This document shows, piece by piece, positions 50,736 to 64,000 of a stretch of DNA of 64,000 bases. The notes under the pieces are model-generated. The model had not been told where the DNA came from and did not search any database. It was given only the letters and a program-made list of their open reading frames with translations. Every line of letters starts with the position of its first letter. Positions within the stretch are counted from its first letter, which is position 1. This stretch comes from Folioceros fuciformis (Eukaryota). Where the stretch lies: contig JBNGIO010006274.1 of the NCBI GenBank assembly GCA_049999805.1, forward strand, positions 143,818-207,817. Direction: 5' to 3'. The translations under genes were made by a program, and so were the position numbers.

Positions 50736-50777
50736 GGAAGGGAAGGGAAGGTAAGGGAAGGGAAGGGAAGGGAAGGG
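50736..50777. repeat. (GGAAG)n microsatellite upstream of the USP gene
   Basis: ggaagggaagggaaggtaagggaagggaagggaagggaaggg. Confidence 0.85.
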
Positions 50778-52208
50778 CTGCAATCTATGAGAGCAACGAT
50801 AGGTACAGCGCGGGAGAAACTTCACATATTCTTATCAAATTCTTCATGCGCTACGTACATATATCAAACAATTGAAGAACGTGGGCACTTTTCTTCGTAT
50901 CCATAAATCAAAGTCTCAACCGATTACAATTACGAACGAACAGACCAACCAAACCAAGAGCCCCACTTTCAAGGGTTTCCATCGCGGGTTGTTCCCCTTG
51001 TCACGGGGTGCATGAAACTTTCTTTTCTTTTTTTTCATAAAATCTTCATCCTTTTATTTAAAGGGGGATTAGCAAGTTATTGTTACAAGTTTTTGTAATT
51101 CTTATATGATCTTTGAAAACAGGATTAGTATGATTCAAAAAGCCTTGATACAAGGTTAAGTAAGAAGCCTAAACCAACTCCTCATCTCAACACACTCCAA
51201 GCCAAGTCTAAGTTGCACTTACAATAAGGAATCATCTTGGAAGAGTGCTAGTTCTACCTGCTTATATTACTTCTCTAAGATGAATCCTAAGTTCCTAGAA
51301 GCTTAGCTAGCTTTGAAGAGTAAGATAAAGAAACTAATTTAGCCTGATCTTTTGAAGTATAAGGAATCTCTTGCCAACTATGCAAACAATTACATAAAAA
51401 GGGTTTCTACTTTAACTTTTATAAAAAATAATTCTAAATTATAATACTCCTTAATGAAGAGGGGAATCAAAATATGGGCTTAAAAGATCTAGTGTCCTAA
51501 CAAATGCTATAGATAATTGGTTGTATGAACACAATTCCTAAGAGCTTTATCTTTTTGGGCTATACCAATAAATAATTAAATTTAGAAGGAAAGCGAATAA
51601 TGAAACTTTTTGTATTTTTGCAAAAAAGAGGATAGAATAGGATCTCTTTGAGTTTAAGCTATACTCCAATGTGCGTAGAATGACTTAATAAATAAAAGGA
51701 TTCATTTGTGCTACAAGGTTGGTAAAGCAAAGGAAACATGGTAGTTAGCATAGGAAACTTTTTCAAAGCAAAACCATAAGAACTCGAAGCCATAATAAGC
51801 TAGAGCACAAAGTTTATTAAAGACGATCAACGTGATTGACAAGAAATTAGAAAAAGTGCTCTTGTGTACTATGTATTGACTATCATTTCACTGACAGCAA
51901 AATAAATCTTTTGAAATTATGGACAGAACTAGAGGAATCTTCAAAGAAGATATTCATAGACATATGGAAGCAATAGGTAGATACTAAATACGATTAAAAT
52001 GCAATGATTAAATGGGGCATTCCCTCTCGGGCAAGGGAATGTCCTGAACAAGAGGATGGCGTCCCTCACGTGCACCAGAATGGATTTCTTTACGTGCAAG
52101 AGTACATATACGACGGGAATGGAAACGGGGGATGATAAACTGGCTTACATAAGATAATATAACAGACGATGACAAAGAGCATGAGAAGAAACGCATGCTA
52201 CGATGGCA

Positions 52209-55200
52209 TCATCCTATGAGCTCACTAATGGGTGGACGATCCATCACTACAGCAGCCAACCTCGCGGTCTTGGCCAACTGCGGGCTGATGTTTGGGAGTT
52301 GAGGAATCTGCATCACCACCACAGTATACGGCGTCGCTCAAGGACATGGCGTAGCAAACGGAACAAGGTTTCAGGCTCATACGGATATTTGAGGACAACT
52401 GAAGGCTGACGAGTTTCGGACACGGAATGAAACTCATGCAGGCACCGCCATTACACACCTGAGATAGAAGATCGATTGATCTGCGTAGCAATCTGGCTAT
52501 GTCGCCTTCGTCCATGCCGCAATCGGCTATCAGTTCTTTCCATGTGACTCCTACTGCCCAGGCCTCCACCATGCCGGCGAACTGTGTGTTTAGTTCACAA
52601 CTTATCTGAGAAATTCAAGCCGAGCAATTAGGAAGACGCAGAATTCCAACTAGCTGAACAAACCGACTCCTGTGCTGGCTACCGACAGAACCCCCAGTGC
52701 AGGTGATTGATTGCACAGCTTTGCGCCACGCTACCTGCACGTTGTGTTTTTCTTGGAGTCGTTCAAGCCAGCCGCGAGTCTTATCCATCTCCTCTACGCA
52801 CTGTGCAACATTCGCGGATACTTGGTATATGGCACTGCGTTGTGAAACACTCCACAGAAACAGGTCAGACCATTGTCCGACACAGGTGTCGCGCTACGAC
52901 CAAAAAGAGTTTCCCAGTAGCGCGATAGATTCAGGCGAACACTTACCTTGGTCCGTTTTCTGGACGAGACTTGATTCCATCTGATACCAGACTTCCACAA
53001 ACTGCAGCAAGTTCTTCAGGCCTCAGGCCATTTAAAGCACTGTTCCTGAAAACGAGGGCCAGCCACAGCTCGTTCTCCCCGTGGATTGATGCCGCAATTT
53101 CTCCAAGCTCAAGCAATTCGTGGCTTTCAGGCTTTAGAGCTTCGGCAGCCTCAAGCACATTCACAACCTGACAATGAGGCTTCAGATACCAACCGCTACG
53201 CACAGAACTCAACTCCATCTCATGCACCATTTACAGTACCTGTAGAAATTCCTTCCACCCAGTAGGCTGCATCTTTTCAATACGAGTAGCAATACGTGAC
53301 GCCTTGGCCTGCAATCGTGCAAGTTTCTCACACCTAGACTTTTCAAGTCGTACAAGCTGTTTCTCCTCTTTATATCCTAAGCAATTCTTCATGATCTTCT
53401 TCAGTCTAGTGACTTCCTTTCTCTGATTTGAGAGCGACTTCTCCAGCTGAACAAGATCATCTGGGGTCTGCAGGCAGTAGAAGACTTAGAAGGGGCCCCC
53501 GATGGCGAAAACTTCAGCGGAGTACCTCAATGCTTTTCACCTACATACCAGCTCAGTCAAATTCGACGCATGCACTAGCCAGCATTAAGGGTACACGCGA
53601 CCAAATCGGATGGAATAGCACAACCACAAAACGGTGCTTACCGGATGTGTATCTGTGAGCTCGCTAAGACGGGGGACATGCACACTCCATGACCAGGTAT
53701 CCATCGAGCTTTCAGCACACCATACACTACTAAGTTTACTCCAACCGGATCTCCCAAGATTCTGCCAAGAAAAAGACCTACTTCTGAGCTTGTCCTTGAA
53801 GAGGCCTTTCAGTGACACGTGGGTTGCGTCACTAGGCACAAAACAAGATTTGCTGATCGCTGAAACGGATCTCCCCGTGAACATGTACCAGGAGTTGTCT
53901 GACGCCAAAGCCACATAATAGCACTCTTGAGGACCATCTTGGGGACCCGTACTAGATGCTCCGAGGCCATCAGTGCCGGTCCTCTCAGGAGCTGGCATTT
54001 CCGTGTCGCTGCTATTGTCACCCTCCAAATCAGTTTCAGGTTCTTCAGAGTTGCCCAGCCCCAAATCGGCAGAAGACATCTGAAACGATAGGCAAAAGCC
54101 CCTAGATCATGTCAGAAACGCCACTTATCACGCCACCCCATAATGAAAACAAGCAGTGGATCCCTCCCTAGTCACATAGTAGCAGCCAATCCCATCCAAG
54201 CAAGACCTACAGGGTTGTCCAATGTCGACAGAGGCTGAGGAACACTGCAGACATAGATTGCTGGAATCACTTGCTCATGTCCTGTTTCAGCATCTGTATA
54301 TGTGAAGCAAATGTATGGTAAAGCATCTGATCCCACTGCGTCCAGAATCGGCTGAACCATGGAAACTCTCCTGGCTTCAACCCTGGCCCGCAAATCCCTC
54401 GTATCTCTTTTGGCTTCCTGCGCAGATTATGTGCAGCGCTTGTCAATCTGTCCTGTTGAGCAATTCAAGTACAGATTCACCAGATCCCATAGCGAAGATG
54501 AGAATAGTAAAAAAAGTAATTTCAGCAAATAATTGCTAACCTGAACCCTTGCTTTGGCTTCCGCATACTCTTGCCACTCATCTGCTCTTAACTTATCCTG
54601 TACAAATTGAGAAGTGTCTTGTATTCCCTCTTCCTGTAATTTGGCAATCTCTACCTCTAACCTACCCAATTGTTGTTTTGCTGACACCATGACTTCACTA
54701 CCAATATAATTGCCAAAACTCTTCTCAACCAAAGCTCGAGCCTCCTCCAAGCTTCTTCCATGCTTCACCGGCTTTGCATCTGGCACATCTCTCGGCCTTG
54801 CTCTCTACACACAGAAACACACCCAATCACTTTGTGTAGCCAGAGGAGCGTAAGCGGGCTCAAAGAATGCTTAAAGATGAGGAAGGTTTCAAAGGGTCTT
54901 AAGCACCAACATACCCCCAACAGGTTAAGAGCCATGCCGTAGGTCGCAGTGAACTGCGACACTAACGGGTCTGGCCCGGCAAAAAGAAGATTGCAGCAGT
55001 CCTCGGCTCCCTCAAATGGAGTCTGGATCACTACCACATGCCCCTGATTGTCAATGCCCCTTCGACCTGCACGACCCGCCATCTGAAGCATGGAGTTGGA
55101 GCTCAAGAGCATCTGGCCGTCATCTCCGCGCTTGCTCAAAGATGACAAGACTGTGGACCTGGCAGGCATATTGATGCCTGCTGCTAGTGTTTCCGTCGCA

Positions 55201-57517
55201 AAAATTAATTTGATCAAACCATCCTGGAATAAGTCTTCAATAAATGCCTTCCAAGCCGGCAAACAACCGGCGTGATGAGCAGCAACACCACACAGGAGGC
55301 TTTTCACCGCTGATTCCCTGACAGCTTCTGGGTGTTGCTCTCGAAACCTGGACAAAGCCAGTTCTACCTTGCCAACTTGTTCATCCGACAGCAGTTGGGC
55401 ATCTTGTACGTATTTAGTGGCAGCGTCACAACCCCGTCGGCTGAAAATGAACCAGATAGCAGGTAGCATATCTCTGTCCTTTAACTGGAATACTGTGTCA
55501 ATTATCCGAGGAACCTGATATGACCATCGCACTTAAGCATGCGAGGAGTGGGAGAGACTCGAAGCAGCACATGGAAAAGAGAAGAAAAAGACTTCACCTA
55601 CAGACCTGTCGCCGGCGAAGAAATTGAAGCTCCTCCTCGGAAACCATTTCCTCTGCGAGTGACCATTCTTCTCCCTTCCGCACGCCGAGACGCTTCTGAC
55701 CACCTCTGCTCCTATCGGAGGAGCCACGCTTTCTTCTCGATCTCTCATCCACCCACTCTTCGAAGTCTGTGTCCTTCTGCTGAGTCAGGAGTAATCGTCT
55801 GCACACGCAAGTGGAGTGGTGAAAACACTCCAAAGAAGCCTATTTACCAACATGATGCACCAACTGTCATGGAGAAAGGAAAACCAGACCACACCTGTTC
55901 ATGGCAGTAGACTGCTCATTCAGAAGAGGGAGAAATGCGCCACGGGCTGAAAAGTGCCACATCAGTGGGACGGGCCTTCTCGAAGATGTAACCAATTCTG
56001 TGGGGCCATGAACCTGCACTACAATCCTTATCCGATTGCAGCAATCCAGAAGGCGAAAGCTATTGAAAAGAGATCACGCTTGCACTCCATGATCTCTTGC
56101 CAAGTCCATGGTGTAGCATTGGAATGCCTGCCAAACTGAGGGTGTACCTGAGCAATCCAACCAGCTAGCTCTTCAGGGTTGGCAACAGTTGCCGACAAGC
56201 AGATGAGACTGATATCTTTAGGGCAATAGATGACCTGCAACATCAGGTTTCAAGAAAAGCAAATCAATTCTTTCCTCTTTCATGGAACCAAGGCTCGACG
56301 AAAGGGCAGATACTGAAGTCAAGGCACGCAGGTCAGAAGGGTCAGAGAAGAGCTCTTGTCGAGAAGCAGAACTGTAATTCGGTTAGTGATGGACTTGGGA
56401 GAGTTGATCTAAATGCAGCTGTTGGCAAGTATTAACGAGGCAACGTGGCAACGATGGTCCTCTGATGGGAACGACGACAAGCTGGATACCGTACCGTCTC
56501 CTCCCACACAGTGCCCCTGGAGATGTCACTAAGGTAGTGGACCTCGTCCAGCACAATCGCATCGACTTCAGCCAGCAGGCTGCCTTCCTCCAGGAACCGC
56601 TCCCTGAGTGGGAGGAAGTATTGCATCAAATCAGTGGATGCAGCTACAAACTGGAGGTAAGCTGGGGTAGAGGCAGGAGATGCCAGGACAGGAGAAGAGA
56701 GGTGACCTCTGGTACAGCATGTTTCTCAGAATTTCGGTGGTCATGACCAGGATCGGAGCGTGTCTATTGACAGCAGCGTCTCCGGTCAGAAGCCCCACAT
56801 TTGACTCTCCGAACAACTCTCTGAGCAAACGGTGAGCCGCAGCAGTGAGCAGTGCAAACACACGTGAGAAAGGAGGGATGAACGGCAGCCCGGAGAGCAG
56901 ACCTGAATTCCCGCAGCTTCTGATTCGACAGCGCCTTGAGAGGCGTGGTGTAAAAGAGCTTCCTGCCCTTGAGCAGCATCGCCGCGGCTGCAGCTTCCGC
57001 CACCAGCGTCTTGCCGCTGCTGGTGGGGGCGCACACGACCAACGACAGTCCTTTGAGAAATGCATCGATAGCCAGCCTCTGCCCAAGAGCAACAACGTGA
57101 GCAGCACCGAATGAGCAACCGACACCCGAATGTGCGACGGGGCGATGGAGGAGGACCGACCTGGAATTTGTCGATAGGGAATTCGTAGAGCTGGACCACA
57201 TCCGCTGTGCTCAAGTCGTGGTATTCCCGGGCCTCGAGCTTAGCGCGCAGGGCGTGGAATCTGGCTTCCTTCCCCACCGGCTCCTGAGGGCCTGGGGGGC
57301 TGGCGGCTCCTTCCCATGGGAAAGCGCGCCCGGCTGGGCTTTCCTGGTGCGTGGGCAGCGCAAGCAGAGGAGAGTGCGCGGCTACGGATCCCGGGCCCGA
57401 CCCGGTGCAGGCACACCACAGCAAGGTGCGCGTGAGGGCCAAGGGAGGAGCTTGCCAGACGCTGATGCCAGGGAACGGGCGGGTCGCACTTGCTCCCGCC
57501 ACGACAAGCGACGCCAT
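52209..57517 (-). CDS. ISE2: Chloroplast Ski2-like DExH (DEVH) RNA helicase ISE2, multi-exon
   Basis: Transit peptide; YEFPIDKFQ, APTSSGKT, YTTPLKALSNQK, LDEVHYL, LSATVANP, AIWFIFSRRGCD, HHAGCLP, ATETLAAGINMPA, QMAGRAGRRG, GENELWLALV, MDEGDIARLLRRSIDLL and MDRPPISELIG*. Confidence 0.93.
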
Positions 57518-57767
57518 CGCCACCCACGACCCACCTCCTGTCCTTGCCTTTGAGTTCGAATCAACCTGGTTGCTTCGTGTTGCGCAATATCGAGCATAGC
57601 AAATCTGAACTGAATTAAGAAAGACTCAACATGGATCCTTAATTACAGAGCATGAGCCTCACATTAGCGGATTCTCCGCCTTGTTTTGGCATCCATCCAG
57701 TGGCATCCCTGCCTACCTGCACCCACAAAATCTAGCTACTTCACGCTCGTCCTCTGCACCTAGGTGT

Positions 57768-58976
57768 CTAGCCTCTCAACCACGTATTACGAAAGGACGA
57801 CATGTCCTTGAGAGATGCATCATGAGGCTTGTACTCCATCACATAGCTGAGAGGAAGGTGCAAGTGGCGTTTGATAGAGTCCCTCAACAGCATCACTGCC
57901 TGCACGCATCCATGCGAACACACATGGGTGGGTCACACTGCTTGCACATTACACTCGCGGACTGTATCTGCTGTTGCTGCAGCTCCCCTTACCTGAGTGT
58001 CTGCAGCATTTCGATTCCAGATGCTCAGGATATCTTCGCCAAATCGGATGCTCAGTACAGCACCGCAGACTGTGTCGCTTGGCTCCAGTTGATCACCCAC
58101 CATTGCCAGCACCTGGATGACCAGACAGATAACCACATAGGATCACTACGCTCACAGATAGTGACACCACACAGAAACGGACACCTCATTACCAAGTCCT
58201 CCCAGTATCTCCCCGACACCACTTTCTTAAACCTGATGATCCACTTGCCTCCATTGCGGTTAGCTGCATCCTGTCAATACACGCATCGTTGAATCGACCA
58301 CTGGATTCAACAGGCTCCATGGCTCAAAGCGACCAAAACATTGCATAGCACCATAGCAGGTACCTCCCATAGAGGGCGGATTCCCTCCTTGAACACATGT
58401 AGATCTGTGGGAACCGGCAAGTTCACAGCCCTGGTAAGATGGCAATAGCAACCCCAATACCCTTCAACCTGACAACCACATCGCCACATGGACGGACTCA
58501 GAGCAACATGTGGTGCAACATCTTCCATTCCAGCAGGGAGACAACAACAGCCTGGCAGCAGACAGCAAGTGCCACCTACCGTACTGAATTCCGCAATCTT
58601 CTTCATGCTGTCCTCGTACGTGGTGATGTTTCGCACACCTGGAGTTCGTCGGGTGTACCAGCACACAAAGCGGTGCTGCTCCACACAAGCAACGGAAGTG
58701 CAAGTCCAGGTTCAGCAAAAGATCAACCTTCTCTAAGCGAACAGAGTGGCGAGCTACCTGCAAAGGATGCAACCCAGCTCGGAATTCCCTGCTCTGCCGC
58801 TCCCGCTCGTCCACAGGCTTTTGCCCATCATTGCCTCCCTGCTCCCCGGTAAGCGGGAGGAGCGGAGCCGGATCAGGAGGGCGGGGAGGACCGCCTGTCT
58901 TTTGGTCACTTAAATCGGCAGCTGTGTTCTGCTGTTGGGCCTCCCGCTCCCGCTCCCGCTCACGCTCGGCTTCCAT
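57768..58976 (-). CDS. nCBP: Novel cap-binding protein (class II eIF4E), multi-exon
   Basis: GLHPLQ|HRFVCWYTRRTPGVR...YEDSMKKIAEFSTVEGYW, PTDLHVFKEGIRPLWE, NGGKWIIRFKK, GAVLSIRFGEDILSIWNRNA and EYKPHDASL...FRNTWLRG*. Confidence 0.95.
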
Positions 58977-59091
58977 ATGTAGCTGGAGGAGGTCTCTACA
59001 CCAAGCCCTCCAGCTCTTATATATATAGGTTTGCTCCGTATGGTCTGGGGCTGGAGTTTCTGTATGCGATCTCCACCCGTGCCAGGCCACC

Positions 59092-62000
59092 ATGCGCTGG
59101 GTTCGTGCGGTCAGCGGTGACTTCAAGGGGACTCCTCCCTCGCCGCGGAGGTCAGCTCTCGTCTCTTTGTCGCTCACGGCCCAGGCCTGCCCAGTCTGGG
59201 CTTGGAATTGTTTCGTTGATTGCTTGCCTTCTTGGCGTCTTGGATCACACGAGGAAGGCTACATGCTCTGCAAATTGCGCAGTGGGCACTCGACCGTGCG
59301 AGTGGGAGCATCATCCGTCGTCGTCTTTGGTGGCCTTGTGGACAAAACCTTCCTGCAGGACGTCACCGTCTTAGACACTGGTATTAATTGATTCCTTTAC
59401 CTTCGTGATCCTGCTGTCGCACAACCCAGACACTCGGTCAGGCACGTCATGGCTCTTTTGCAGACAATGACATCTGGTTCACACCTCCCAGTACGGTCCG
59501 TGATTCTGACGTCCCTGCTCCAAGTCCGAGGGCGTTCCATGTTGCTGTGGCCATGGATACAAACATGTTTGTTTTCGGTGGACGTGGGAATGGGCGGAAG
59601 AGGTTAGGAAAGTGGGCTCTTCGCACGGTCACGTCTGTCCTTTTTGCCAACGTCCTCCTTATTTGGATTCGTTATAACGTGGCAGGCTGGGAGACTTTTG
59701 GATGCTTGACACAGGTGATTGTGAAGGAAAGGCTCCCGGAGTTTGAAGCAGTTGTATCTTCATATGCTGGGTTGAGTATTGGAGGTGGCAGGGATTGACA
59801 ATGTAGCCTGGAGCGCTGATTTGGGTGGTTGTTGCTCGGTTTGGCTTCAGTGACATGGCAGTGGGCAGAATTGGTTGGCTTTGGTGATATTCCACCAGCA
59901 CGGGATTTTGCAGCGGGGGCCTCAGTTGGTAATGGGAAGATTGTGATGTGAGATTCAAGCTACCTTCTCGGTTTCTTACTGGCCTTTGATCTGGCGGTGG
60001 TATTTTGCTCACAAGTTTGTTGTATCAACAAAGATATGGCGGGTGGGATGGCGACAAATGGCTTTCAGACGTGTTTGTCCTGGACACAAGTATGGACGAC
60101 TTGAGGACCTAGTTTTCAGAATCTGTGGCGGAAGGATCTTCTGTTTCCTTACAATGACTGCACTGTCCGCGTGTAGTGTCACTGGAGTGGCAACGGTTGC
60201 CAGTCGTGGGACCAACACCCCCACCACGCTGTGGTCATTCTCTCATAATGCTGGAGAAGCGCATGCTTATATTTGGAGGCAGAGGTGCAATGGTGATTGG
60301 AATGACACCGTACTTTGAGGTCATTTTGTGTAGGGGGAAAGTGGTTGTCACTGGGCAGTCTTACGTTTTAGCTCATGCTGTTCTCTAATTTCTCAGGAGG
60401 TGGTGGCCCTATTTTGGGAGACTTGTGGGCGCTGAAAGGGCTATTTGATGGAGGTATGCATCATGGAAATTCTCTTTGCAAGCACGAGGAGAACAATGTG
60501 ACCTGTATTCGACATTTAATGTCAATGACGATGGATGAACAGTGGAGAGGGACTTACGTTGTTGGCTGCTTTGCCAGAGACGGAACCTGCTCAATGGACT
60601 CAGCTAAAGCTTCCTGGCTCGTCACCCGCAGCACGGTGTGGACATTCCGTCGCCTCGGGGGGTTCTCAAGTAACGTGTAGCCTCTTTCATGTCAGTTCTC
60701 AGGGATGGGCTTCAAAGGCCTGTGTCCTGCGGAATAATTTCTGGTGTCTGATTTGCAGCTGTTTATTTTTGGAGGACATGGTACTGCGGGTTGGTTGACT
60801 CGTTACGACATATACTTTAATGATGTGGTTGTTCTCGATCGTGGTATGTAAGACCTGATGCAGGGACTAGTGTGATTAGGAAGTGCTTTGTGGATGAAGG
60901 TGCTCTTATTTCCATAAGAGTTTGGGTTTAGGGTTTAACTTCGCTCACAGACTGAGTGGCTGCTGTGTGGGTGTTGAGATGTTAGCTTGCAGCTATTACG
61001 TGGTGTTCTTGTTCACCGTTGTTTGACTGCCCCTTCATCCAATGTCTGTTGTGGATGTTTCCAGCAACCGTTCAATGGAAGCAGCTGACTGTGCTGGGCG
61101 ATCTACCACCACCAGTGGCTTATCATTCTATGACCCGAGTCCGAGGTCGACTCCTGCTGTTTGGAGGATATGATGGGAAGGCTGCCTATGGGGACATTTG
61201 GTGGTTGGTACCCGAAGGTTGATCTCCAGGTCCCAATCCCCACCTTTCATGTGCTCGCACATCTTGGTGTGAGCAGCTTCCTCTGTTTTTCATACTTGCT
61301 GTAGGGAGAAGAGGAAAGTGAATCTTAGTCATGTTTCTAGTCACAATAATTTTTGAGCTTCCCTGTCTAGGATGTTTAATGGGTGTTTCTTTTTCCTGCT
61401 GTAAGGTGACGTCTGGACGTCTATTGTTCTCCCAATGTCCACAGATGATCCAACAGGTAATCGGGCTTTGCAGCATTCAGGTGCAGCAGTCACTGCAACG
61501 GGTTCCGCTCAGAGATCGAATCAACGTGGCAAGGTTTGTGGCATGATCCCTATATCACCAAAGGCATTGGTCTCAAAAATTTTAATTCATGTCGTCCGTC
61601 CAAGCCACTCTAACCTAGTGCGATGAACACAGATCTCTAACTCCTCAGGACTCTCTACACCCGACAAATTTCGAAAGCGTTTAGGCTTGCCTGCCCTTGC
61701 GGATTCTCCTCTGGCGGCAACTGAAATTGACAAACAGGGCAGAACGACCTTACAGCTTCCAGCCGTTGAAGAATCTGCACACGAACTAAAGGTAGCATAA
61801 CGTGTCCTCACTTAGCTTTGCTTTTATATCACCATGCTACATAGACGCTTGTAATTGGATGTGGGACATTTCAGGTTCTTCGAGACAGGTGGTCGACAGT
61901 GCGTTTTACGGATTTACGTCTAGGCGAGTTGGAACTTCTCTTGAGTCATTATCAAGAACTCGTTGTTGAGTCGCAAAGGTAAGATGCCGACATTGCTGTA

Positions 62001-62347
62001 TTTGTCTTTTTGGCAGGCCCTGAATCCCTGGGTCTGAGTAGAAGCCAAACCTGATCTTCTCGATTCCGTTGCGTAGGCAAGACATCAATGCTGAATACAG
62101 ATTCTTCCACTTCAGAAGTGCGAACGAGGTTAGCTACCTTTCTCGAGAACACTGTCGCGACGCTATACATTTGGCTATGTTGATCAGGTTGCCAACCCAT
62201 TCCTCTTGTTCCCCTTAGGTGCGGATGGACGATGTTGATGCTCTTCTATCCGAATATCGCAAGTTGACTACCTCCAAGGAAGTGAATAGCGTACCCTACT
62301 CCCTTGGGCTGCACGACCACGCTGAAGGAATGACAGTTTCCGAATAA
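59092..62347 (+). CDS. Kelch-repeat (galactose oxidase/kelch) protein, multi-exon
   Basis: [23 protein letters not shown]...[19 protein letters not shown]...[21 protein letters not shown]...LIFGGRG and [19 protein letters not shown]; last exon [16 protein letters not shown]...VSE*. Confidence 0.88.
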
Positions 62348-62432
62348 TGTGTGCCGATCAACAACTCAGGCGGTTCTAAAACCAAAAGAAAGGCTACACA
62401 AGATGAAAAGTTGAATTATATCTAAATAATCG

Positions 62433-63322
62433 CTATCCAGAAGATTGCCTGTTCATCGCCTCAACGTACACATTCAACTCATCCAGCTTTTGCATCCTCG
62501 ATCTTTCGCTTAACGTGACAATCTGGCACAGCCAATAACTAGTGAGTGCATAGATCTCTCACCAACCGTCGATGCGCAGGAAAGAGATAGCGACATGTGG
62601 AGCTTTACCTCCATTAACCTGCACACAAGATCTGTTTTGATTTTACTCTTCTCATTGTAAGCATCCACAGCGTCTTTCAACTCCTTTTCCTGCTCATTCG
62701 AAGCGGAAGCAGTCTACCTTGAAACGACCGAACAAGAGGATTCAAGAGTTCGGAGTAAAAGGTGACACTTAAACCCTCATACCTTCTTTTCGCAGAGTTG
62801 CTTCAACGGTCTCAAATCCCTGTCCACCGTCTCGATCTTCTTTCTGATATCAGCAACCTCTTTCTTGGTAGGATCCTCGAGCCCTTCCAACTCCTGCTCA
62901 ACCAAATCACCAGACGATGTTGCGTCACATCCTGCCAATACAAATGCAAAGGAGAAGGATGTGCCAAACTTCCAGTTGCAGCCTTACGTACTCACTCTAC
63001 GCAGTTCATCCAGGCGCCGTGCTTCCTGCTCAACGCGGCTGAGCTGAGCTTCAACCTTCTCCCTCACTTGCAGCTTCCGACGCTGGATCTCCTCCTCTTT
63101 AGCGTGCAACGAGTGCACCGCATTGTCAGCCTGCTCCTCCTTGTTCCTGAACCCATTCACGAGATGCACCGGCACGGAGCGCAACGACCGCTGCTGCTCC
63201 CAGGCTACTTTCTCCTGCTCGGCATCTCGCGTACGCCGGTCGCTATCCTGCGCCTCCTGCTGCAGTGTGTTTCGCAGGCTCCGCTCCAGGCCTGCCGCCA
63301 GAAAGCCTAGATCCGACGTCAT
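62433..63322 (-). CDS. RAB6-interacting golgin (GORAB/DUF662-like) coiled-coil protein, 4 exons
   Basis: AKEEEIQRRKLQVREKVEAQLSRVEQEARRL...|ELEGLEDPTKKEVADIRKKIETVDRDLRPLKQLCEKK|EKELKDAVDAYNEKSKIK...LME|IVTLSERSRMQKLDELN...*. Confidence 0.85.
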
Positions 63323-63742
63323 GGTCTCACACCTTACAACTTGCGTTGTTGTCACAGCGTCTGCCTCCCTGTACAAAATGGAAGACTCTCCAAAGCCTCC
63401 ATGAACGACTAATAATATAGTTTTCCTGTCTTTGGACAAACGCGCATGGACCATATGTCATGCATACATACATTTATGTATGAAGACCACGCGAGGTTCT
63501 AAATTTCAATGCGTCCCGCCACAGTGCTTCGAGGCGCGCAAGAGGGGAACTGGGCAAGCCCCGTCTTCAAATTTGCCTACTTTTGTGTTCCTCTGATGCG
63601 GACGAGACATTCGTGCTAGCCTATCTAGTGCAGTGTAGAAGGCAGAGGGCAGAGCAGCGGCGGCGTGATCATGCAGGCTGCTGAAACGCAGCTTCCGCGA
63701 ATGCTCTTGGCTTCGGGACGAGCAGGAGCCAGGCACAGAGAC

Positions 63743-63989
63743 TCAATTGTAGCAGAAGTATAGCACTGCTGCAAAGCCGACATTGCACATGATGGATATG
63801 AACCGCAGCGGCTCCTGTGCAGCTGAGCAGGAAATCAGAAAGAACCTCGCATTAGAGGCCAGGGTGGGAGCTCATGTGCAGGAGGAAGCAGTATTGCATG
63901 AGCGGGAAAATGTGGGGTCGGGACTGCGCAGCAAGCGCGGAGCTTCCGGGTCACCTGCCATTGATAAGAGCACCGTGAGCATACCGTCT
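63743..63989 (-). CDS. Last two exons of an unidentified gene with a hydrophobic C-terminus; continues beyond the window
   Basis: GT-AG splicing gives DGMLTVLLSMA|AAQEPLRFISIMCNVGFAAVLYFCYN*. Confidence 0.4.
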
Positions 63990-64000
63990 CTGCAGGAAAA

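Overview
This is eukaryotic plant nuclear DNA: gene-dense, about 50% GC, with short GT-AG introns. By inference it is a seed-free land plant with a compact genome, such as a Selaginella-type lycophyte or a hornwort, given the MAX1-like P450 relic, a probable cilium-associated zinc-finger gene and TTTAGGG repeats. Spliced genes read by hand, left to right: KCS 5' end (-), NOC1/CEBPZ (-), an Lsm10-like Sm protein (+), a secreted LRR protein with a GPI-like tail (-), an HNH + TRF-type Myb + coiled-coil protein (+), CSLA (+), plastid peroxiredoxin IIE (-), nicastrin (+), a USP9X/USP24-type deubiquitinase (-), ISE2 helicase (-), nCBP (-), a kelch protein (+), a GORAB/DUF662 golgin (-), and the 3' end of one more gene. 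An accessory island at about 10-18.7 kb holds a CYP711A/MAX1 pseudogene fragment and a decayed prokaryote-type beta-class N6A/N4C DNA methyltransferase. Its AT-rich block carries an intact C2HC zinc-finger gene, a stand-alone LINE-ORF1-like ORF and a palindromic telomere-repeat array. The most notable items are the N6/N4-MTase relic, the U7-snRNP Lsm10-like gene in a plant, and the HNH-nuclease/telomere-Myb fusion. All family calls rest on motif recognition by eye, not database searches, and exon limits are manual.
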